Shown here: positions 11,203 to 22,137 of the stretch, one piece after another
How the letters are laid out: each line of letters opens with the position of its first letter
Numbering within the stretch: position 1 is the first letter of the stretch
Source: Piedraia hortae CBS 480.64
Lineage: Eukaryota
Direction: 5' to 3'
NCBI GenBank assembly: GCA_010093745.1
Contig: MU006013.1
Coordinates: forward strand, 1-64,000
DNA: 64,000 nt
Made by a program: the position numbers and the translations under genes
Notes under the pieces: generated by a model
Databases searched by the model: none
What the model was told of the DNA's origin: nothing
Seen by the model: only the letters and a program-made list of their open reading frames with translations

Positions 11203-12564
11203 TCAATCCTCTTGCTCTTCAGCAGGATTCCCACAATCCATCTTTTCAAGATCCAAGCCCATCAACTCATCAGGCGTCTTGAATAGCTTGACCTTCCTCA
11301 TGGGTATAGGCCTAAAATTCTTTTTGAGGTTAATAGGCTTGACACGTCCCTTGAAATCCCGTTGAGCAATGTCCCTGACGAAGATACACAGCAATTGGTC
11401 GTCGAAAGATCTTGATATCCTGTAACGTTTGGTCGAGTCCAGGAAGAGGATAAACCTCCTGTTAGGGAATGTTTGCGTGGCAAGATTGATATTAAGCTCG
11501 TTTTGGTGGCTCTTCTGCACCTTGCCAGTGTCAAAACTGCCTGGTGGGTAGTAGCGACGGAGAAGTCGCATGTACATATCCGTCAGGGCCACGGGAGAAG
11601 CAGTAATGTAGTGATAATGGATGTCGCAGCGGGTTTTGAACTGGTGGAACAGGTCGGGCATGTTCATCCATGGGATGAAGGGCTTGAACGCTGAGGTTTT
11701 GAGTTGGCTCTTCTCGAACGCGTCGCGCAAAACGGCATCGACGTCTGCTATGATAGTAGTTCCCTGGGGTGGGACGAGAAAAAGCTCTCCTTGGCTCCCG
11801 ACGGAGTTTATGAACCTTGTGCGGATCCGTCTGATGCAATATGGAGGGTTGCCGGAGGGTCCTGGGATCGAGTCGAGCGCAGCGAATCCTTCAAATTCGC
11901 CATGTATCGTCGTTTTCTGCGAAAGAGTGGCCATCTGCCTCTCTGGTAGGTCAAGTTCAATTGATGGAACAAGATGCTTCTTTTGCGAACGCGAAAATAC
12001 CTCGGCTGCGATATCGAAAGCTTGCATTCGTTCATCCTTTGGTATCATATTTAATCGTGGACCGGTGATTTCTATCAGAGGTTTGCCATGGACGATAGTC
12101 GACCCTGGACGTCTCTCAAGCATCTGGAACATTCGGCCATGGAAACGTGCAGCCCACTTGCCATGTTCATTGGTATAGCTAAACATTGGATCGTGGTTCC
12201 AGTATGCGTATGCGTTCAGATTCCGCACCCTAAGCGGCAGCGCTTCGTAATCAATATGCTGCAACTCAAACGAGCTGATTGCCGCGCCCAAGTATTGAAT
12301 TTTCTGAAGATTGTGTGCCTGCATTTGATTTTCGGATTTGAGGCCTTGCAGCATGGCTTGGGAGGTGGTATCTATCAGATGGCGTTTTGAGATATAATCA
12401 GAAACGCATCCAATGGATTGATTCTGATTTAAACATTGGGCGGATCGAAGGGGTGTATTCTGCATGGGCGGCTGGCGGTCAAGCGAGGAATTCCCAGTCG
12501 GCGCTGCTTCGGTAAAAAGAGTGGCGTTCAATAGCAGCGATAAAAGTAGAATTAGTTTGTTCAT
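11203..12564 (-). CDS. Secreted App1-like phosphatase-like protein, paralog 3
   Basis: 453 aa; signal peptide (TEA|APT), SKR dibasic site; TTIIADVDAVLR, PWMNMP, HYHYITASP, YPPGSFD, FPNRRFILFLD. Confidence 0.78.
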   Translation of the reverse strand: MNKLILLLSLLLNATLFTEAAPTGNSSLDRQPPMQNTPLRSAQCLNQNQSIGCVSDYISKRHLIDTTSQAMLQGLKSENQMQAHNLQKIQYLGAAISSFELQHIDYEALPLRVRNLNAYAYWNHDPMFSYTNEHGKWAARFHGRMFQMLERRPGSTIVHGKPLIEITGPRLNMIPKDERMQAFDIAAEVFSRSQKKHLVPSIELDLPERQMATLSQKTTIHGEFEGFAALDSIPGPSGNPPYCIRRIRTRFINSVGSQGELFLVPPQGTTIIADVDAVLRDAFEKSQLKTSAFKPFIPWMNMPDLFHQFKTRCDIHYHYITASPVALTDMYMRLLRRYYPPGSFDTGKVQKSHQNELNINLATQTFPNRRFILFLDSTKRYRISRSFDDQLLCIFVRDIAQRDFKGRVKPINLKKNFRPIPMRKVKLFKTPDELMGLDLEKMDCGNPAEEQED

Positions 12565-12902
12565 GGTGCTGTAATTTCAGTGCCTGCGATGTCGAAATGT
12601 TGAAGACGATGTTGTGGTAGGCTAAGGCTTTGTGCCAAGTTGTAATTTTACAGGATATGACATGACATGGTTGCCAAGCCTGCAAAGTTCTCCGACGTTC
12701 TGAATGCCCTCTAGCTATGGTACCTTTTTCGCATGTGTACCGAGTGGTGAAAATGTGCATATACCCATAACGTAACGAGATGGCCAGTCTCAAGGCCCAT
12801 TTCGGTTTTACTGTGTCAAGTAGCTACATGCCTGCTGATGCTCCGTCCGCATCGGATCAGGATTGGAGATGGGATTATCCACATAGAATTCGAAGCGCTA
12901 AG

Positions 12903-14555
12903 TTAATCATCAACTTTATCCTTACGCTTCCTCTTCCTATTTTTCTTCTTCTTCTCCACTGCCGCGCCCTCGTCGGCATCAGGCATGATATGATCCTCAA
13001 AGCCACCCTTTGGCTCCTCTGCAGACCCGTAGACTTCCTTCCTCCACTGCCTCAGACGGGCTTTTTTGCCAAGACGTTTCTTATCTTTTCTCTTCTTCTC
13101 CTCTGGCCTAAACGTCGCGAGTTTCTTGAGCCCTGCATATTGGTTCAGCTGTGCATCACTCGCAAAGAGGATGTCCCTCGCCGTCATTCCAAACGAAGTC
13201 GGCGACGTCTCGCGGTAGCGGAAGCCCGAGGCCTTTTCCATGATCTCCGGCTCTGGGATAAGCGTCGAGTCGACGAGTTCCTCGACCTGCCGCCGCTGTT
13301 TCCGCGCCGCGCGTTTGGCTTCGCTGCGTTCCTGGATTAGCTCTTTCCTGGACTTTTTAGCTGGCTCTGCGTCTTCCTCTTCCTCCTCGTTTTCAAGGTA
13401 TGATATATCGATCTCGTCACCGAACTCAGGCTTCTCGCCTTCGACATCAGCATAGTACTTCTCGCCGAACCGACGCTCCATCTCCTTGTCCCAGTCTTTG
13501 TCTGAGAAATCTCCCTCGAGCAAATCCTTCCACTGGAAAATGTCGGCGACATCGTCGATTCCTGCCGTGGCTTTGATGCGGTTGACTTTGTCTTCAATCT
13601 CCTCAATCTTCAGCTTCCGCCACCGCGCCTTTTCTGCTTCTTTCTCCTTCTTTGCCGCCTCTTTCCGCTCCCGTTCGCGGTCACGCGCGTTCTGGCGAGC
13701 GTTTTTCTCCTTGCGCCGCACGCTGTGTTTGTCTACCGTTGCGCGGGAGAAGGTCTGGAGCTTCTCGTTTGCGTGCATCGGATCTTCGAAGCGCATGTTC
13801 CACGCCTGTTCGAATTCCTCGGCGCGATCCTCTTCTTCGGAATCGTCAGACTCCATGGGCTGGAAGCCATTGGTTTGGCCATCAGTCGATACCCAAGGAC
13901 GCGAATCGATGAAGTTGTTGAGGAACGCGTCCGGATCCTTCTCTGCGGCCAAGACATCTGCTTCGGTGAGTGCCTTGGCTGCTGCTTTTGACGTGACCGA
14001 AGGCTTGGCAACGAGGAAGCCGTCTGCCTCGCTCTCCTCGCCATCGTCTGATTCGGCAGCCGTCTTCAGAGCGTCACGCAGCTGATCCTGCCCCTGCCGA
14101 TACGTCAATGGAGCGTCGCCGTCGCCGTCTTCGCCTTCGACATGGCCGTTGAGGAGGTTTTCTCGATGGTAGTCGCGCAGGTGCATCGGTTTCTCCTTGG
14201 CCGGCCCTGCCGCGCCGGGCTCAAAGGAGGTATAGAACGACGTCTTCTTGTCATACACCCGCGGATCTTTTTCCCTCAGCGCCCTCAGCGTCGTGGCGAT
14301 TTCCTGATCTAAGGTGGCCGTGGCCAGTTCGCCATCGTCATCTTCGGTCTCGTCTGACGAACTCTCCGACTCTTTCCCATATTTTTCCTCCAGCCGCTGC
14401 TTCTCCTCGCGCTTCTTGTTGTGTTCGAATCGGCGCCCGTATTCTGCGTCGAATTGGAGTCCCGAGTTAGAGTCGGATTCGGATTCGGACTCAGTCTCGG
14501 AAGAGGACAGGAGCTTCGCGCGCTTGGCCGATCGTACTGCTGCACCTGCGGCCAT
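12903..14555 (-). CDS. KRI1: Kri1, 40S ribosome biogenesis factor
   Basis: RRFEHNKKREE, KDPRVYD, KEKPMHLRDYHRENLL, NMRFEDP and FRYRETSPTSFGMTARDILFASDAQLNQYAGLKKLATFR (Kri1 C-terminal domain). Confidence 0.93.
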   Translation of the reverse strand: MAAGAAVRSAKRAKLLSSSETESESESDSNSGLQFDAEYGRRFEHNKKREEKQRLEEKYGKESESSSDETEDDDGELATATLDQEIATTLRALREKDPRVYDKKTSFYTSFEPGAAGPAKEKPMHLRDYHRENLLNGHVEGEDGDGDAPLTYRQGQDQLRDALKTAAESDDGEESEADGFLVAKPSVTSKAAAKALTEADVLAAEKDPDAFLNNFIDSRPWVSTDGQTNGFQPMESDDSEEEDRAEEFEQAWNMRFEDPMHANEKLQTFSRATVDKHSVRRKEKNARQNARDRERERKEAAKKEKEAEKARWRKLKIEEIEDKVNRIKATAGIDDVADIFQWKDLLEGDFSDKDWDKEMERRFGEKYYADVEGEKPEFGDEIDISYLENEEEEEDAEPAKKSRKELIQERSEAKRAARKQRRQVEELVDSTLIPEPEIMEKASGFRYRETSPTSFGMTARDILFASDAQLNQYAGLKKLATFRPEEKKRKDKKRLGKKARLRQWRKEVYGSAEEPKGGFEDHIMPDADEGAAVEKKKKNRKRKRKDKVDD

Positions 14556-14719
14556 TTGCTCTCAAAAAATGCACAAAATTTTGAGGTCGAAGGTGGGGTT
14601 GCGGAACGGGGCGGTCCGCTGTCCGTCCCAAAGGCGTTAGACTGCACAAGCCCTCCAGCGGTCCGTTCCGAAGCACCAAGCCGCCTCCAAAGCTTCTAGG
14701 CACCGACATTCTCTCCAAA

Positions 14720-16148
14720 ATGGACCGTCCAGCCAAGCGCCAGCGGGTGTATACCTCCGAGTCCGAACCTGACAACGACTCCCAACACTCGTCATCACAT
14801 AACGAACCCTACCCCGTCTCAGACGACTCTCCCAGCGAAGACGACCAGCCCAAAGCAGTCGTAACACCCCCCTCACGCATCAAAACCAAGACCAAGAAAC
14901 CCGCCATCCCTCCTCTCCCAGTCAATCAAACATTCGCCTCCCTCGGCCTCTCCCCCTGGCTCGTCCAATCCCTCGCACGCCTATCCATCACGACCCCCAC
15001 CTCGATCCAAGTCCAAGCCATCCCCGTCCTCCTCGCCGGGAAAAACTGCATCGGGATAAGCCGCACTGGCTCCGGAAAAACAGTCTCCTTCCTCGCGCCC
15101 ATATTAGACCAATGGTCCCGCTCCCCCAGCGGACTCTACACCCTAATCCTAACCCCAACAAGAGAGCTCGCCCTCCAAATCCACGAACAAGTCCTCGCCA
15201 TTGGCGCCCCGGCCAATCTCAAATCATTATGCATAACCGGCGGAAGCGACTACGTAGCCCAAGCCACCGCCCTCTCGCGGAAACCACACATCCTCATCGC
15301 GACCCCCGGGCGGCTGGCAGAACACATCCAAAACTCACCCACCGAACACCAGTCGGCGTTCAGGCGACTAAAATACCTAATCCTCGACGAGGGTGACCGC
15401 CTGTTGAAAGGAAACATCCTCCCCTCCGTAACAACCTGTCTCGAAATACTCCCTCCAAAGGCCCAACTCCGCACGGGTCTCTTCACCGCAACCCCCTCCC
15501 CTGCCGAAATCCGCGCAGCGATTAACTCAAACCCTGCTGAAACCGTCGTCATCGACATCAACAGCAACAGCAGCAACCCGGAGGCTGGCTCCCTAACCCT
15601 CCCCCCAGGTTTGCAACAAAGGTACATCCTCGTCTCCGTGTCTTACAAAGAAACCTACCTGCACCTCTACCTCGTCACCCTCCCCACCCAATCCGTCATA
15701 GTATTCACGAACCGCGCGTTGACAGCTCAAATCATACACTCGACCCTCCGTAACCTGAAGTATGAGGTCACAGCGCTGCACTCGAACCTCACGCAGCGCG
15801 AGCGGGCCGCGAACCTCGCTTCTTTCCGCGCGCGGAAGGCGCGGGTGCTTGTAGCTACTGACCTCGCGGCACGGGGGCTGGACATTCCCGCCGTGGAGGT
15901 CGTGGTCAATTATGACCTACCGCGTGATTGCGAGGATTATGTTCACCGCGTGGGGAGGACGGCGAGGGCGGGGAGGGATGGGAAGGCGGTTTCGTTGGTG
16001 GGACAGAGAGATGTGGGGCTTCTCAGGGGGGTGGAGGGGAGGGTTGGGGTAAAGATGGAGGAGGAGGGGGAAGGGTGGACGGATAGGTTGGTCAAAGGGG
16101 ATACGTTACAGACGGTGGGAAGGGCGGTTAGGAGGGCGAGGCTGGGGG
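14720..16148 (+). CDS. DBP8: DEAD-box RNA helicase Dbp8, 3' end lost in the gap
   Basis: Q motif FASLGLSPWL..PTSIQ, SRTGSGKT, PTRELALQI, TPGRL, DEGD, TAT, ARGLDIP, YVHRVGRTARAG. Confidence 0.88.
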
Positions 16149-16953
16149 NNNNNNNNNNNNNNNNNNNNNNNNNNNNNNNNNNNNNNNNNNNNNNNNNNNN
16201 NNNNNNNNNNNNNNNNNNNNNNNNNNNNNNNNNNNNNNNNNNNNNNNNNNNNNNNNNNNNNNNNNNNNNNNNNNNNNNNNNNNNNNNNNNNNNNNNNNNN
16301 NNNNNNNNNNNNNNNNNNNNNNNNNNNNNNNNNNNNNNNNNNNNNNNNNNNNNNNNNNNNNNNNNNNNNNNNNNNNNNNNNNNNNNNNNNNNNNNNNNNN
16401 NNNNNNNNNNNNNNNNNNNNNNNNNNNNNNNNNNNNNNNNNNNNNNNNNNNNNNNNNNNNNNNNNNNNNNNNNNNNNNNNNNNNNNNNNNNNNNNNNNNN
16501 NNNNNNNNNNNNNNNNNNNNNNNNNNNNNNNNNNNNNNNNNNNNNNNNNNNNNNNNNNNNNNNNNNNNNNNNNNNNNNNNNNNNNNNNNNNNNNNNNNNN
16601 NNNNNNNNNNNNNNNNNNNNNNNNNNNNNNNNNNNNNNNNNNNNNNNNNNNNNNNNNNNNNNNNNNNNNNNNNNNNNNNNNNNNNNNNNNNNNNNNNNNN
16701 NNNNNNNNNNNNNNNNNNNNNNNNNNNNNNNNNNNNNNNNNNNNNNNNNNNNNNNNNNNNNNNNNNNNNNNNNNNNNNNNNNNNNNNNNNNNNNNNNNNN
16801 NNNNNNNNNNNNNNNNNNNNNNNNNNNNNNNNNNNNNNNNNNNNNNNNNNNNNNNNNNNNNNNNNNNNNNNNNNNNNNNNNNNNNNNNNNNNNNNNNNNN
16901 NNNNNNNNNNNNNNNNNNNNNNNNNNNNNNNNNNNNNNNNNNNNNNNNNNNNN
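16149..16953. other. Assembly gap (805 N)
   Basis: Run of N. It hides the 3' ends of DBP8 and of the GH3 gene. Confidence 1.
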
Positions 16954-19351
16954 GAACGACCTCGTCGCCGGCGCGGGAGCCCGTGTTTTGGATCGTGGCG
17001 GACACGGTGAACATGACATCATACAGTCTTTCGTTGCCACCGGGAGAGACGCTGCTGCCTGCGCGGAGATAGGGCTGCGGCGAGGAATCGTAGCTCCCGT
17101 CTGGGAAGGTGTAGTTGGTGCCGTACTCGGGGTCGCCCGACGACTTGGCTAGATCGGTCGAGTTGAGCCACGGGTAGATGTATGCCCATACACGGTTGAT
17201 GCCGGATGGATAGAGGTAGTCGCTCGTGCGGTTCGAAATGGTGCCATATGTCTTGGCCGCAGAGGTTTTGCCCCTTGGAGCAGTGTAGGGCCGCGTTGCA
17301 TGTGGCGTGACCTGCAGGTTGGAGTAGCTGAAGTTGGTGTACGACAAGCCATGGCCAAACTCGTAGATGGGATCGATACCCGCTTTGTCAAAGTGGCGGT
17401 AGTCGATGAAGATGCCCTCGGTGAAGCTCTGCTGCGGCTCGCGGTCGGGACCATAGTTGGCGTCGTAGAGCACATCCGTGCCGTAGTCTTCGCGAGAAGC
17501 GCCCCAGGTGAAGACGCTCTTTCCACCAGGATTCTGCTTGCCGTAGAGAATGTCGACAATGGCGTTGCCAGATTCCTGACCCGGAATGCCGGCCCATATG
17601 ATACCCGTCACGTTGGGGTTGTCGTAGAACGAATTAACCAGCACCGGCCCCACGCTGTGGATGACAACGATGGTGTTGTTGCATTGCGCAGTAACATTCT
17701 TGATTAACGTGTCGCCATCGTGCCATAGAGTCAGATTATTCCGGTCACCCTCGTTGCCGTCGACGGTAATGTATCCTTCGCCAGCATCGGAGTTGACAAA
17801 AGCAAGACACACGCCGTTGACAATGGGCACGCGTCGAGCAAGAGCATTGATCTGAGTATAGGCATAGTCGTCAGTAATGCCTTCGACGGTGCCTCCCTGG
17901 CTGACGACTTGGGCTTTGATGGCTTCCAACGGGGTAACGAGATATGGGAAATCTGCGGTTCCGGAACCCCAGCCCAAGGCCAGCGTGCCCTGATCGCAGC
18001 CGCGGTCGGCACAGCCATTGGCTCCCCACGGGTTTCCTCCAGCGTCGGAGCCGAAGACGGCGGTAAGCTTCTCCTTGCCAGACAGAGGCAACGAGCCAGA
18101 GTTCTTCAGCAACACGGTACCCATGGCAGCTTGTTGGCGAATTTGCTGACCATGGTTGCCGCGAACATCGACGTGGTGGTTCACAACGCCATAGTCTTGG
18201 GACGCGTAGAAGTGTTGGAATCCCTCGGTGTCCAAGGTCCATGACGAAAAGTTGGGCGCATCTGGCACCTGGTTCTGGTCCCTGCCGACATAGTAGTAGC
18301 CAGCCATGATGCGGACACACATGTCGTCCAACCGCCACTGCGGGACGGTGCCGTTCAACACGGCAACGGTCAGGTTGGTCCCGAAGAACGAATCGCCCGT
18401 GTCAAAGGCAGTGTCGCCAGGCATGCTCATGTCAAGTCCAGCCAGAGTGCTGCTGACTCCAGAGTGATGAGCGCCCCAGTCACTTACGACGAAGCCCTGG
18501 AAGCCGAGTTCGTTCTTCAGCAAATGGTTCAACGTATACGAGTTCTGACATCCCCAGCTGTTGTTGATGTACTGATAAGAGCACATGACACTGGCACTTC
18601 CCGCGCGGACGGCGTCTGCAAAGGGCCACAGATAGAGCTCGTGCATCGTGACATCGTCAACGTTGGCACTGACGGTCTGCAAGGTCGGGGCGGCGCCGTT
18701 GCGGAATCGTTCTTGCTCGTTGAAAATTAAATGCTTCAGACTGCACATTACGCCAGCAGACTGGGTTCCCTTGATGGTTTCGGCTGCAGCAACACCGGTA
18801 AGATAGGGATCGGGAGAGAAGCCTTCCCAGTTGCGGCCGCCTTCTGGAGCGCGACCCAAAGGTCCAACGACGGGACCAAGCTGGACGTCTACGCCTTTGC
18901 CCTTGTGCTCCTCGCCGATTCCACGGCCACGCTGACGAATGAGCTCGCGGTCCCAGGTCGAGGCAATGGTGACGCCAGCCGGGAAAGCCGAGTTGTAGTC
19001 GGTAAACCGGAGACCCAAGGGCGAGTCTTGCAGACACAATGCGTTGAAGCCGAGTCGGGGGATGGAGCCCGTGGTGCCCACGCACTTTTCACTCTGCCAT
19101 CCAGTGCCAGTGGTGAGGTTGACCTTTTCAGCAAGGGTCAGTTTGGAGACAAATGCCCGGGCTTTGGCGTAGGACGCGGCCCAGTCGCCCATGCCGGAGC
19201 CCCATGGCGAGGGATAGCTGGGCGGAGACGTCTGCCAGTCTCTTGCCCCGTCTACTCCGGATGAGTTGCTGCTGCCAGACGAGTTGGAGAAGGGGGCCTG
19301 GGCAGCTGTCAAGGGCAGCAGAGCCAGGAAAGATGCACGCAGGAAGCCCAT
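16954..19351 (-). CDS. Secreted GH3 beta-glucosidase (BglA/Bgl1 type), C-terminus lost in the gap
   Basis: Signal peptide; TLAEKVNLTTG, GGRNWEGFSPDP, KH, ELGFQGFVVSDW (nucleophile Asp), EGDR, YEFGHGLSY. A probable 5'-UTR intron lies at ~19367-19454 (gtatag..ctaac..tag on minus). Confidence 0.95.
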
Positions 19352-19577
19352 GCTGCGGTCAGCTGCCTATGGGGATATGTTAGATAGATAGCACTGGGTA
19401 GTTGCCAGCCTATTAGCTTGGATAGTCAACTGCCTATCGACTAGCTAGCTATACGTCGGGGTGGGGTTGGGGGGGGGGGGGGGGATCTATCCTTCCTCTC
19501 CCTCTCTTTCCCCCCCCTCCCCCATTATATGGTCAACCATCGGGTCACGGGAGGTCGTGCAGCTGCAATTAAAAAGG

Positions 19578-21866
19578 CTAATCTGCGGGGAGACGAGACT
19601 TCGCTTCCCACAAACATTGGCACTCGCACTGCGGCTGCGGACAAGTCGCATGTCGTTCAAACCAGGCGTTTGCATGATCGACGTGCGAGGCGTGGCCGCA
19701 GCCGGTACAGAAGCAAAGCAGCCGGCTTTCCATGCCCAGCCATTGCCTGCAAATTACGCAACGAGGCATGTGTTGGCCGCACAAGGGACACACTGTGCCT
19801 GATTGGGCGAGCGGGGGTTTAACGGGAGTGCCCTGGTTAGCTGGCCGCTTGAGCCCCGCGTGACAGCGGTGGCAACGAAGGCCGATTTGCTTTGCCGGGG
19901 TTGGTAACCCCGCCTTGTCTTTGATTTTGCTGAGCTCAATACGAAATCGCGCTCGTTCGGAAAAGCAGTGCCAGGTTTGCATCTGCTGCATATACGATTC
20001 CTTCCACATGACCCACCGTATATCCGAGCTGTAGTTTGCGTAGGCCGTGGCCAGCACTGCCGTCTGCACGTCATCGGTCCGTGCAATGTAGCTCTGGAAG
20101 AGGTCCATGGCAGCCTCGTTGACACCTGTCAGCAGCACGCCTTGGACGTCACCTTCCCTAATCGCCCTCGCCGTCTCATCCTCAATGAACTTGCTGAGGT
20201 CGGTGTCATTTAGATGCTTCAACGCCAAGCACAGCCTATTGGCTAACGGCAATTGCTTTGTTTTGATGGCTTCGACCCAGCTTCCAGTAGCTAAAAAGCC
20301 CAACAATGCTTTTAACGTTGCATTTTCCACATCGGCAGCCATCCAAAGACACATATCCCGCTGTGTCTCGTTTACTTCCCCGCAGGCCAACAACGGGCCG
20401 AGCGCAGAGTTGTCTACGACCCTTGTCCTCACCAACGTCCTCAGCAGGTTCAGCGCGATTTGCTTTTTATCGTGTAGCACAGCGCGGAAGATGGCCTCGT
20501 ACGGCTCGCCCCGATCAATCATCTGCTGGCACTCATCCTCCAACGTCTCTGCCGTAAACGCCCAGCCACAAACAGCAAGACACAGCTGACGATGTTCGGG
20601 GAACGAAGTCCTCTCACCCTCGAACGCGGGAACGTTCTTACCCCAAGCATGAATAGCACTATTCATCGTCGCCTTTTGATTCCTCACCCTCCTTTTCTCA
20701 TTCCCCAACCTCTCAGTCCATAGATAGGAAACCCCAAGATAACTCAAATCCACATCCCCCTTCCTCATTTCCGTCGTCTGTGCAGTAAACCTCCCCACCA
20801 CCTCCCAAAGGACCTTCAACTCCCCCTCCCCAACAATCTCAATGTTCCTCGCACAGTCCCAAAGATACCCCCTCCCACACCTCTCCCTCTGTCTGGTCGA
20901 AACATCCCCAACCCCCTCCTCCCTAACCGTCAATCTACCCGCACAAACTCCCAAATCCCCCCTCCCCGTAACCATCCCAATCACACTGTTCTTCCACCCA
21001 ACCCTCTCAACCGTCCCATCCCTCTTCACCCCCACAAACCCATCATCCGTCCAATCAAACCCCACAAACCCCCTCCCGCTAAACACCCTCCTCCGCACCA
21101 CAAACCTCATACCACCGCAACCCCCAAACTCCCAACTCCCCAACCCCCCATCCTCCACAACAGCCCCAAGCCGTCCCCTCTGCGAAAACCTCGTCGTCCC
21201 AAACCCCCGTCCTGGAACCGTACAAACACCCCCAGCGGCAAGAAACCTCCGATCCCAGAGCACCATCTCCTCTTGCCCTACCGACGCAAACACCGTCCCA
21301 TCCCCGGTGGAGGTCAAACCTCCCACCCCCCTCATCGCAAGATCCTGAACAATCTCCCCATGCCGTATATCAACAATCTTCACCCCCGTGCGGGGGACAC
21401 CCACGACGAGTTCCTCAGCGGTGAGGAACGCACAGCAGCTGGGTTTTTCGCGGGGGAGGAGGGTCATCACCGGGGAGGTAGGTCGGGTGAGGGTGTAAAT
21501 TTGGAGACTGCCTTTGGGCGATTTTTCGAGGCAGAGGGCGATGGAAGTGGGGGTGAGGGAGAGGGAGAGTGACTTTTTTTCTTGCATTGGGGTTGATGTT
21601 ACTGGGAGGGTGTTGGTGAGGGAGGCCTCGCATAGGGATGCTTGGGATGCTTCGCGCAGGGAATGCAGATTTACGCTCCCGTTTGCGAGGCCGAGTGCGA
21701 GGAAACCGTTTGAGTAGGCCGAGGTTGTGATGGGCGAGGGGACGGGGGGTGTTGTTAGGATGGGGGTGTATGTGTTTTGATGGAGATGGGCGAGGGTTGC
21801 AGTGTGGGTGGATGTGAGGATTATCCGGTCGTGGGGGAGGGAGTAGATTGCTGGGAGGGAGGACAT
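19578..21866 (-). CDS. SEA4: SEA4/MIOS-like GATOR2 (SEACAT) subunit with an eroded WD40 region, alpha-solenoid and C-terminal zinc/RING region
   Basis: RQLCLAVCGW, GVLLTG, FQSYIARTDDVQTAVL, WKESY..MQTW..RARF, CPLCGQHMPRCVIC, FCTGCGHASHVDHANAWFERHATCPQPQCECQC. Confidence 0.88.
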   Translation of the reverse strand: MSSLPAIYSLPHDRIILTSTHTATLAHLHQNTYTPILTTPPVPSPITTSAYSNGFLALGLANGSVNLHSLREASQASLCEASLTNTLPVTSTPMQEKKSLSLSLTPTSIALCLEKSPKGSLQIYTLTRPTSPVMTLLPREKPSCCAFLTAEELVVGVPRTGVKIVDIRHGEIVQDLAMRGVGGLTSTGDGTVFASVGQEEMVLWDRRFLAAGGVCTVPGRGFGTTRFSQRGRLGAVVEDGGLGSWEFGGCGGMRFVVRRRVFSGRGFVGFDWTDDGFVGVKRDGTVERVGWKNSVIGMVTGRGDLGVCAGRLTVREEGVGDVSTRQRERCGRGYLWDCARNIEIVGEGELKVLWEVVGRFTAQTTEMRKGDVDLSYLGVSYLWTERLGNEKRRVRNQKATMNSAIHAWGKNVPAFEGERTSFPEHRQLCLAVCGWAFTAETLEDECQQMIDRGEPYEAIFRAVLHDKKQIALNLLRTLVRTRVVDNSALGPLLACGEVNETQRDMCLWMAADVENATLKALLGFLATGSWVEAIKTKQLPLANRLCLALKHLNDTDLSKFIEDETARAIREGDVQGVLLTGVNEAAMDLFQSYIARTDDVQTAVLATAYANYSSDIRWVMWKESYMQQMQTWHCFSERARFRIELSKIKDKAGLPTPAKQIGLRCHRCHAGLKRPANQGTPVKPPLAQSGTVCPLCGQHMPRCVICRQWLGMESRLLCFCTGCGHASHVDHANAWFERHATCPQPQCECQCLWEAKSRLPAD

Positions 21867-21877
21867 TTTGTTTGTTT

Positions 21878-21945
21878 GGGTAAGTGGGTAAGTGGGTGGA
21901 TGGGTGGATGGGTGGATGGGTGGATGGGTGGATGGGTTGATGAGT
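21878..21945. repeat. GGGTGGAT tandem microsatellite in the divergent promoter between SEA4 and the hydrolase gene
   Basis: About five GGGTGGAT units plus GGGTAAGT variants. Confidence 0.85.
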
Positions 21946-22137
21946 AGATGGTTAGTTGGGTTGATAGGTAGATGGTTGGGTAGTTAGAAGGTTGGGTAGT
22001 TAGATGGTGGGGTAGTGTTAGCTAGCTAGGTGGACCTGCAACACGGTCGGACAGATGCATCGTGACGACATGACCACCAGACCCCAGTACCTACGTAGAC
22101 TAGACAGCCAACAAACAACCCTCCCAACTTCCCAAAA

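Noticed and set aside
14720..19351. 810-aa and 1081-aa ORFs running through the N gap, giving an apparent DBP8/GH3 overlap
   Set aside because: Artefact of translating Ns; the true stops lie inside the gap.
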